Assembly (NCBI GenBank): GCA_048886185.1 | Contig: JBHLKY010000011.1 | Location: forward strand, 90,001 to 122,000 | Length of the DNA stretch: 32,000 nucleotides | DNA from: Candidatus Hermodarchaeota archaeon | GTDB taxonomy: Archaea > Asgardarchaeota > Heimdallarchaeia > Hodarchaeales > Hodarchaeaceae | Direction: 5' to 3' | Shown here: positions 24,456 through 32,000 of the stretch, one piece after another | How positions within the stretch are numbered: position 1 is the stretch's first letter | How the letters are laid out: every line of letters begins with the position of its first letter | Notes under the pieces: model-generated | Database searches by the model: none | The model's input: the letters and a program-made list of their open reading frames with translations, nothing else | Told to the model about the DNA's origin: nothing | Position numbers and translations under genes: made by a program

Positions 24456-25592
24456 GTGAAAACCCAACTTTATGATTGGCATGCTAAGAATGGGGATATA
24501 ATCGATTTTGCAGGATTTAAAATGCCGGTTATGTATAAATCCATTAAGGAAGAACATTTAGCTGTAAGAAACGCTGCTGGTATCTTTGATGTATCACATA
24601 TGGGTCGGATGTGGATCGAAGGAGACGACGCGGAGAAATTCTTAAATTTACTTGTACCAAGAGATCTTTCAAAGACAGAGATCGGCAAAGCATCATATAC
24701 TTTTATGTTAAATGAACAAGGAGGCTTTCGAGACGACCTAGTTTATGGTAGAATCGATAAAAACAGATGGTTGCAAGTTTGGAATGCAGGAAATTTAATC
24801 AAGATTCGATCGTGGATGGATACTTTCAAAAAATTCCTTGATCAATTTATTGATCTTGACCTCACATTAGTGGACATCTCATTGAATTCTGCAATGTTCG
24901 CTTTACAAGGGCCAAAGGCGCAGGATGTGCTATTAGCTGCTTTTAATGAGGATATCAAACCTCCAGATCCTTGGCGTGTTTTTTCAACAACTTTTGATAA
25001 TATTGACCTAATACTTTCTGGAACAGGTTACACTGGAGAAAAAGGATGTGAGATTATTGTACTGGACACAACCCTTGAAGATCCATCAAACGCTGAAAAA
25101 ATTTGGGAACTCCTTATCGAGGCAGGAAGCAAACCATGTGGATTGGGAGCTAGAGACTCTCTTCGGTTAGAAGCAGGTTTAGCTCTTTATGGAAATGATA
25201 TTGATGAAACAATTTCTCCTCTCGAGGCTGATTTGTTCTTTCCACCATTTATTCACATGGAAAAATCCTATTTCATTGGAAAAACTCAACTTGAGTATTT
25301 CTCTAATAGTAATCCTAATCGATTCCGTGTTGGATTTAGGGCTCATAAAAAAGGACCTAGTCCAAGATCTGGAATGGTTCTCTTTAAAGAGGGACGAGAA
25401 ATTGGTGTGACCTCATCTGGGGGATTTTCACCTCTTTTAAATTGTGGGGTTGGAATGGGATATGTACTCCCAGGCATGAAAGAAGAAGGAACTTCCATTC
25501 AATATGAAGTTCGTGGAAAATTACATGAGGCTGAGATCGTTAAATTTCCCTTATACGATACTGCTAAATATGGTAAAAATAGGAAAATTTAA
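24456..25592 (+). CDS. gcvT: Aminomethyltransferase, glycine cleavage T protein
   Basis: KTQLYDWH, FAGFKMPVMY, EEHLAVRNAAGIFDVSHMG, ALQGPKA, GYTGEKG.E, GLGARDSLRLEAG..LYGND. GTG start after SD GGTGA. Divergent from glyA. Confidence 0.96.
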   Translation: MKTQLYDWHAKNGDIIDFAGFKMPVMYKSIKEEHLAVRNAAGIFDVSHMGRMWIEGDDAEKFLNLLVPRDLSKTEIGKASYTFMLNEQGGFRDDLVYGRIDKNRWLQVWNAGNLIKIRSWMDTFKKFLDQFIDLDLTLVDISLNSAMFALQGPKAQDVLLAAFNEDIKPPDPWRVFSTTFDNIDLILSGTGYTGEKGCEIIVLDTTLEDPSNAEKIWELLIEAGSKPCGLGARDSLRLEAGLALYGNDIDETISPLEADLFFPPFIHMEKSYFIGKTQLEYFSNSNPNRFRVGFRAHKKGPSPRSGMVLFKEGREIGVTSSGGFSPLLNCGVGMGYVLPGMKEEGTSIQYEVRGKLHEAEIVKFPLYDTAKYGKNRKI

Positions 25593-25670
25593 ATTTATTC
25601 TACCAAGGTGAACATAAATATCAAATAGTAACATATTGAACTAATCTGTAATCTCTGCTAAAAAGAAAAG

Positions 25671-28600
25671 TTATTTCTTCTTCTTTTTTTCAATTTCTCC
25701 AACTTTTCCACTTATACCACCCAATTCAGATAAGGCATCTGAAAATAGATCAGCAAGATCAGGGATTTTTACTTGAGATTCTTTTGTTTCTTCAGGTTGA
25801 GTAATTTCATTATAATCGACTTTAGGTACATCAAAGATATCAGTTGTGACAGTTTCTTCTTCTTTTGTTAAGGCATCAACAACAGAGTCAAATGTAGTAG
25901 TTTTCTTAGTAGAAATAGTAGAAGGTTTTGAAAGGGCTTCCTCAAGAATACCTCCTGCTATATCTTCAGTCGCTTCCTTGGTCTTTTGCTCTTGTACCAA
26001 TGATTCAAGAGGTGTTAAATCAGGGGTTGCATCTGGTACAACATTGGGGAGTTCTTCTGTTTCAGTAAGCTCTTCCTTTGATGGAGGGAGTGTTCCCTTT
26101 TTCCATAGTCGTCCGAAGCTATCAACCTCCCATTCATCCTCTTCTAGTGTTTCCTCCTCTTTTATTCCCAAATCTGATTGCGATTCAATAGAAGGGCTTT
26201 CTATTCTTGGAATAAATAATGAATCCATCTCTGCTTCAGATAGAGCAGCATCTTTCACTTTGGGAAATTCCTCTTTAATAAAGGTCTCTTCTATGACTGG
26301 GGGAACATCTTTTAAGGGAGGAAGGGGTTCACTTGGAGGAGTTTCTTGCCTTGGAGAAACTGTTGAAGAAAAAAGAGTTCTTATCTCTTCATCTGTTAGG
26401 GCTCCAGGTTTTGGGATTTCTGGTTCTTCACGAACTCTAGTTTCAACAGTTTCCTCTAGATCAGGAATTCCTGATTTTTCGTCACTAGGAGCTTCTGTAA
26501 GACTTGGTTCAAAAGATTTAGCAAGGGGAACCTCATCTAGAACAGGAAATATCTGATCTTTTGCAGTTTCTTTAGGGATTTCCTCACCGAATTCTTTAAT
26601 TACACTTGCGAACTCTTCATCAATCTTATCATCTAATAGTTCTTGAGAAGGTTCAAGAAAGGTGACAACAGGTTTTGGAGGTACAATTGCTTCTGTTTCA
26701 ACAAGCTCAGGAATAGGTTCTGGTTCTTCTTCCAACTCAACAGCTTCAACTCTCTCAAATGTTTCTGAAACATGAGCCATTCGTTGTTTTGCTAAGATCG
26801 AATACTCCTTGCTAAATTTCTTAGGCCTAATATCCAGTTTTTGCACATATTTTTGTATTAACTCGATTCTTTCCACATCTTTAACCTCCTCAGCATGTCG
26901 TAATAGAAAGACTATTATTCCTCCAAGGTCTTTCTCTTTATCTATCATCGAACTTAATCGAGTTAAGTAATCAAGATATGTATAAGCAATTTTGAGATTA
27001 TCTGTTTTAATAGCAACCTCAATAAGATTGTATGCAACATCAAATAACTCATTAAGATCCTGCAATTCCTCAAATTTCTCTAATGTCTGCTGGAATGAAG
27101 CAAAAGCAGCAACATTGTTATTAGCAATTAAATATTCTGTTAAATGGAAGAGTAATTTGGCTTCATGTTTATCAGCTTTAAATTTCTGACAGATCTTTAT
27201 ACCTCTCTTAAATGTTCTAATTACTCTTTCAGGAGAGGGAATATTCTTTGCCAGATTTGTATAGGCTGCCACAACTCCATCAAAGTCATTCAAACTTCGA
27301 TAATAAGTTGAGGCTTGATAAACATACTCAGAGGCTAAATCTGGGTTTTCTGATGCTACATAAACTGCAAATTTTTCTGCGATTTTTCCAGCAAGTAAAT
27401 TTCTGTCTCTTCCGAATTTTTTCTCTGAAGTAATCATAGTAATAATACGATCAGCATACTCTCGTGCATTTTCTAGTAATGATCTTTGAATTAACTCATT
27501 AATGAAATTAACGGAAGAGGGAATTACTTCAGAGACAGGTTTCTCACTTCGTTCTAAAACTATAGCCATCAGACGTGAGGCATAAGAAATGAGATTAATG
27601 TCTAACATCAGAGTCGCATATTTATTGGCAATTCGGTCTCCTTCGTCCAGCCATCCCTCACCATAAACGGAATTGACAAAATTGATAATAGCTTCTGCTA
27701 TTTCATTAGAGACTTCATCGAGAGTAAGCATATGATCAAATATGACTTCTGAAAAAGAAAACCAATCCTCAAAAGGAGGCTTCAGCACCAGGGAAGCTGT
27801 TGAGAGAAGCTGCACATCTGGGTATTTACGTAGCAGTTCGTCAAGATATTTTTTCACAATTTTCTTAAAATCATCCTTCTCCCCCCGAATCTCCATAATT
27901 CGTTGAAAGACTTGAAGCGCAGACTCTTTATCTTCTTTTTCGTATATTGAGTTAAATATCATTTGTAAAAATTCAAGGGCTTTTCCTACTTGGTTTTCCT
28001 CTTCGAGTAATGCTGCCGTTTCTAGTGCAAATTTGGTTGATGTTGTGGTATCCCCCCTATCTAAGGCATTTTTGGAGTATTCTTTGATTGCGGTTATAGC
28101 TAGTTTATATTTTTGATGGCTACGTCCAAACCGGAGAATTAGATCTGTCATTCGATTCGCGTCTTCAAACTGTTCAAATTCTATGAACTTATCTCTAATA
28201 TCCTCTAAATACTGAATAACCTTTCCAATGTCCCCTAATCGCTCATAGTATCGAGCATTCTGAACACTAAAAATATAAGCGTCCTGAAAATTTCCCTGTT
28301 CTAGTAATTTGTCAATAAGTGGAGATACAATGCTGATTGATTTTTTATAGTCCTCCACCTTCTCAAGTTCTTTGAGGATCTCATCAATTATTCTTTGGGC
28401 AAGTTCTACAGAATGGTCAAGCATTCGCTTCTGGAATGAAATTAATATATCAATTGCACCCTCAATATCGCCCATTTCACGATAAGTAACAGCTATTTGT
28501 CGAATATAATATTCTATTAAATCAAATCTTTCAGATTTTTCTACAAGATGATCGATAAAACGGCCCATGCCATCAATTGCTCTAGTATAATCTTTTTGGG

Positions 28601-31169
28601 TTTTTTGAAGAGTTAATAGTTGATTTTCTATGAATGCAGCGCGATCTAACTCATTAGAGTCTTGTAAGTCCTTTATAAAATTTTGTATCACCTTATAATC
28701 AGTATGTTCAGTTTGAATCATTAAACTTGAGCAATATTTCATATATTCGAAAACCATATCCCTTTGATTGTATTCTTGAAGTTGTTTAATGAATATTTGA
28801 CAAAATTTAATGACTTCTTCAATCTTTTGTCCAGTTAAGAGTCGTGAAAGTTCCTGATTGACCATCTCTTGCGCCGATAATGTCGCATGGCTTTCAAGAA
28901 GATCATTTACATATTCAAGAACAATCTTTTCTCGTTTTTTGGCGTCCCCGATTGTCTGAAGTGCAGCTTGAATATAGGCTTTGGCTTGATCCTTTAAGCC
29001 TAATTTTCCATATAAATCACCAATTATTAGATGTTTTTCCACACGACTTTTATCATCTGTTTCATAAGCCTTATTAACAAGAGATTCAATAAATTTTATG
29101 TAATCTTGTGCAGCATTTGTTTCCTTGATATCTACTAAACCCCTGACAATATTTACGCTAAAGTCAATAGCTTCAGTGATTCTTTCTAATTCGTAGAATA
29201 ATTTTATTGCTTTATTCCCGTATTCACAGGCTTTTACATAATTCACTGAATCCAGTAAGAATTTTGTTGAATCAACAGCAACCTCTAAAGCCCTCTCCCT
29301 TCTATTTTGAGTTTCTAATGTAATTATTAGCCGATCAATATATCTGCTGTATGTTATCTTATCATTCGTTTCTCTTAAAAGATCCAAAGTGTTCTCAAGA
29401 GATTCAAGTAATTCGAAATTTGCATTTCGTTCTTCTTGTGACTCAAAAGCCTGATCCAAAAGATAAATTATGTCTTTATGATAAATCTCTTTTTGTCTGG
29501 GTGTTATTTGATCAGAATCTATTATAGCCATTTGCTTGATGGTGTAATGGGCATACCGAACAGCATTCTCCTCCATAACAGAAGGTAATCGTGCACTTTT
29601 ATAGAAGTCAACTTGTTTTCGTCCAAGAGTTATGACTTGCTTGAGAGTTTCTGCATTAAATTTCACAGTTAAAAGATGATCTAATATTAATCCGCAAAGA
29701 TTTGCTGCGTTTAAATGTTGTCCTTTCCTCTCCAAACTATTCACGGAATCTAAAACAAATTCCAGGGAAATTGCAGTATCTATTTCTAACAATTCTTGAG
29801 TTAGGGAATTCCTAAGTTTTGTTGCATCTGTATCTTTCTTCTGTTCTTCGTAATATGCAAGAAGTTTCTTCCCAAATTGGATTATCCCCTTTAGATTTTT
29901 CTCTTTTCGAAACCTTTCAAGTAGAACTTCTGTTATTTGACCAGCGGCTTTCAAATCACCTTTAGCTTCTTGTTGTTCAATGATTTGCATGAAATGACCA
30001 ACAGCCACATTCAGTATTACATCACCTATAGGTCGCTTAGCAAGTTGTTGAATTACCAAAAATACCTTTTCAGAAGCATCATAGAGGTAGCTAAAGGATA
30101 TCTGAGGAATTTCTTGATTTATTAACCGAGCTATCTCATCTTGATCCAACTTGACTTCAGTTACCTCTGAGAGGGAACCAGTTCTTGCTCTAAAACGGAG
30201 GTACCATGAATCCATTTGGCGTAATATGATACAGACAGCTCCCCCAGATTGTTCAATCTCAAATTCTTTAACAGGAAGAGGGTGACCTTCATTTACAAAT
30301 GACGTGACTTTTGATATAAATTTATCGAAATCTTCAGCCTTAGAATACTCAGACACATCTAAAGAAGACAAATCGACCATGACTATTTCATCTTCAGGTA
30401 TTTCTACTGCTGAAGTAGAAGTCATATGTTCTTCAGTACCTATTCTCATTGGAGTTATTTCATCAGTTATATCGGTTTCTAGATGCTCTTCAGGATGCAA
30501 AAGGATATTTTGAATAGTTTCAGCAGTTTCATAGATAGCTGAGAAAGACAAAAACTCTATTCCTGATCCACTTATCAATGCAACAAGATTATCTTCGTTG
30601 ATATTTTCTTTAGCGAACTTTTTCCGAATTATGGGCGAATCATTCTGGAATAAAATTATTGCGTATTTGCCATCAACGGAATAATATACTCCAGCATAAC
30701 CGCCTTTAGAATAAGGCATTTTAAACTTCTTTAACAGTTTATCACCATACTCAATTGAAATTCTTGCCTCAGGTTCAGTAACTACTGCTGCATCAGTTGA
30801 TACTTCTTCAGTCAGTATTGGAGTCGGAGTTGGTTCAATTTCATCACGATCTATCGTGGATGGTTGTGAAATATCTTCCTCCATAACAATAATTTGTTGT
30901 AATTCATCTTTAACAGTCTGTAGTAGCAATTCCGCAACATCAAAGATAGCAGAAAAACTGAAAAATTCTACACCTGCATCACTCAGTAAATCGACCATTT
31001 GGTCAATAGTTAATTGTGAGTGTGATATTGTACTAGTCTTAATAACACGCTCGTTTTGAAAAAAAGTGAAGACATATTCTTGTCTACTTAAGCTTTCCCG
31101 AATCTCACATTCAACGCCTGAAGTAGAGGGTAGCTCAAGCCTAATCTGTTTCTCTTCTCGAGTTGCCAT
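25671..31169 (-). CDS. Giant 1832-aa protein: three N-terminal ~80-aa repeats, SNAP/TPR-like alpha-solenoid, acidic disordered tail
   Basis: Uninterrupted ORF, ATG after AGGGA. Internal repeat FSAI[FY][DE].AE / FSYLYDASE. Recurrent helix pairs (e.g. IGDLYGKLGLKDQAKAYIQAAL, IAVTYREMGDIEGAIDIL). E/P/T/S-rich last ~360 aa. Confidence 0.85.
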   Translation of the reverse strand: MATREEKQIRLELPSTSGVECEIRESLSRQEYVFTFFQNERVIKTSTISHSQLTIDQMVDLLSDAGVEFFSFSAIFDVAELLLQTVKDELQQIIVMEEDISQPSTIDRDEIEPTPTPILTEEVSTDAAVVTEPEARISIEYGDKLLKKFKMPYSKGGYAGVYYSVDGKYAIILFQNDSPIIRKKFAKENINEDNLVALISGSGIEFLSFSAIYETAETIQNILLHPEEHLETDITDEITPMRIGTEEHMTSTSAVEIPEDEIVMVDLSSLDVSEYSKAEDFDKFISKVTSFVNEGHPLPVKEFEIEQSGGAVCIILRQMDSWYLRFRARTGSLSEVTEVKLDQDEIARLINQEIPQISFSYLYDASEKVFLVIQQLAKRPIGDVILNVAVGHFMQIIEQQEAKGDLKAAGQITEVLLERFRKEKNLKGIIQFGKKLLAYYEEQKKDTDATKLRNSLTQELLEIDTAISLEFVLDSVNSLERKGQHLNAANLCGLILDHLLTVKFNAETLKQVITLGRKQVDFYKSARLPSVMEENAVRYAHYTIKQMAIIDSDQITPRQKEIYHKDIIYLLDQAFESQEERNANFELLESLENTLDLLRETNDKITYSRYIDRLIITLETQNRRERALEVAVDSTKFLLDSVNYVKACEYGNKAIKLFYELERITEAIDFSVNIVRGLVDIKETNAAQDYIKFIESLVNKAYETDDKSRVEKHLIIGDLYGKLGLKDQAKAYIQAALQTIGDAKKREKIVLEYVNDLLESHATLSAQEMVNQELSRLLTGQKIEEVIKFCQIFIKQLQEYNQRDMVFEYMKYCSSLMIQTEHTDYKVIQNFIKDLQDSNELDRAAFIENQLLTLQKTQKDYTRAIDGMGRFIDHLVEKSERFDLIEYYIRQIAVTYREMGDIEGAIDILISFQKRMLDHSVELAQRIIDEILKELEKVEDYKKSISIVSPLIDKLLEQGNFQDAYIFSVQNARYYERLGDIGKVIQYLEDIRDKFIEFEQFEDANRMTDLILRFGRSHQKYKLAITAIKEYSKNALDRGDTTTSTKFALETAALLEEENQVGKALEFLQMIFNSIYEKEDKESALQVFQRIMEIRGEKDDFKKIVKKYLDELLRKYPDVQLLSTASLVLKPPFEDWFSFSEVIFDHMLTLDEVSNEIAEAIINFVNSVYGEGWLDEGDRIANKYATLMLDINLISYASRLMAIVLERSEKPVSEVIPSSVNFINELIQRSLLENAREYADRIITMITSEKKFGRDRNLLAGKIAEKFAVYVASENPDLASEYVYQASTYYRSLNDFDGVVAAYTNLAKNIPSPERVIRTFKRGIKICQKFKADKHEAKLLFHLTEYLIANNNVAAFASFQQTLEKFEELQDLNELFDVAYNLIEVAIKTDNLKIAYTYLDYLTRLSSMIDKEKDLGGIIVFLLRHAEEVKDVERIELIQKYVQKLDIRPKKFSKEYSILAKQRMAHVSETFERVEAVELEEEPEPIPELVETEAIVPPKPVVTFLEPSQELLDDKIDEEFASVIKEFGEEIPKETAKDQIFPVLDEVPLAKSFEPSLTEAPSDEKSGIPDLEETVETRVREEPEIPKPGALTDEEIRTLFSSTVSPRQETPPSEPLPPLKDVPPVIEETFIKEEFPKVKDAALSEAEMDSLFIPRIESPSIESQSDLGIKEEETLEEDEWEVDSFGRLWKKGTLPPSKEELTETEELPNVVPDATPDLTPLESLVQEQKTKEATEDIAGGILEEALSKPSTISTKKTTTFDSVVDALTKEEETVTTDIFDVPKVDYNEITQPEETKESQVKIPDLADLFSDALSELGGISGKVGEIEKKKKK

Positions 31170-31191
31170 CTAATATCCCTTGGAAATGGTG

Positions 31192-31211
31192 ATTGGTTTC
31201 TAGATACCAAT
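31192..31211. promoter_or_regulatory. Near-perfect 20-bp palindrome (candidate operator) 23-42 nt upstream of the giant gene
   Basis: ATTGGTTTCTAGATACCAAT: 9 of 10 symmetric pairs match. Confidence 0.45.
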
Positions 31212-31713
31212 ACAAGTGAAAATGTAAAAAAACTATTCTCTAAACGCTCTTTCTACTCATTATTACTTCACACATTCCCGTTCTAAAAGTTTTCCAATTT
31301 CAGTGAAAAGAACCAAAAGGATTGAAAAGAATTTATTCCAAGAAAATACCTATTAAATTATTCGCTGCTTAAGAAATCTTGAATCAAAGCACCCAAAATT
31401 TTCTGATAATCATCTTCTGGGGAAAATCAGTTGAATGACTTCTAGAAAATATTCAGAGATTTTTTGCTGCATATTGATTCGGAATAACTTTAATTTACAG
31501 TTAATAAAATTCTCATATTTCCAGAATTTTACAGCTTATTGAACTATAAGAATACTTAGATTAGTTAAAAAAGGTGTAATCTCTTGAAAGGAGAGGACAA
31601 GATGAAAGCTTATATGTTAGCTATTTTTTAATGATTACACGTGAAATTTTCTCTTTTCTTTTTCATTTTTAATGTAAGTGGTCATATAACGAACCCAGGA
31701 TAATACAATCTTA

Positions 31714-32000
31714 TTAACATATTGATTTTTCAACATAGATTTGCACAAGATTCACAATTGTTTCAACAGCTTTCTCCATGGCAATAACAGGAATGAATTC
31801 TTTTTTACTATGAAAATTAATAGAACCAGCAAAGATATTAGGTGTAGGAAGTCCCAAATAACTCAAACGTGCACCATCCGTACCACCACGGACTGGTTTT
31901 CGGATCACTTCTACTCCAGTACGTTTGATCGCTTCTTCTGCATATTCAACTACATGAGGAACTTTATCAAGCTGATATTTCATGTTCCTATATTGTTCCT
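31714..32000 (-). CDS. pepT: Peptidase T (tripeptide aminopeptidase, M20B), C-terminal part; gene runs off the window edge
   Basis: EQYRNMKYQL, RKPVRGGTDGARLSYLGLPTPNIFAG..NFHSKKEF. The frame stays open to base 32000. Confidence 0.92.
   Translation of the reverse strand, partial: EQYRNMKYQLDKVPHVVEYAEEAIKRTGVEVIRKPVRGGTDGARLSYLGLPTPNIFAGSINFHSKKEFIPVIAMEKAVETIVNLVQIYVEKSIC

Noticed and set aside
25846-26556. 236-aa plus-strand ORF
   Set aside because: Ser-rich antisense shadow of the Glu/Pro-rich tail of the 1832-aa gene (GAA/GAG read as TTC/CTC); no motif or start signal.
2889-31059. Other short ORFs in the track nested in or antisense to real genes (e.g. 2889-3113, 4362-4661, 8383-8628, 13303-13578, 19576-19803, 22784-23119, 26992-27189)
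   Set aside because: They overlap well-supported genes or tRNAs and show no recognisable motifs; expected as shadow frames.

Overview
AT-rich archaeal chromosomal window, mostly housekeeping genes, with no mobile element, CRISPR array or rRNA detected. Archaeal markers include FEN1, aCPSF1, Dph5, CTP-dependent RibK, an EgsA-family enzyme, A/V-ATPase subunits and intron-containing, CCA-less tRNAs. Several eukaryote-signature-like proteins suggest an Asgard archaeon (inference, not a database result). Content: gcvPA/gcvPB, translin, three tRNAs, scattered ATPase subunits H, F and E, fen, pcm, trm5, ribK/ribL, dph5, a PUA protein, aCPSF1, egsA, trmI, glyA, gcvT and a partial pepT. The tRNAs are Leu-UAG (50-nt D-loop intron at 21/22), Val-UAC and Lys-CUU (30-nt intron at 37/38). 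Main leads: (1) an 1832-aa protein with three copies of an unrecognised ~80-aa domain, a ~1100-aa SNAP/TPR-like solenoid and an acidic motif-rich tail; (2) an operon with a longin + gelsolin-like fusion and an Rpn11-like JAMM protease fused to an Ig-like domain; (3) a tRNA-punctuated tRNA-Val/atpH/atpF/tRNA-Leu/translin unit in which atpF appears to start at ATC; (4) an EgsA homolog with substituted substrate-site residues; (5) two TRAP-alpha/beta-like type I membrane proteins. All family and fold assignments are by eye and need HMM or structure confirmation.
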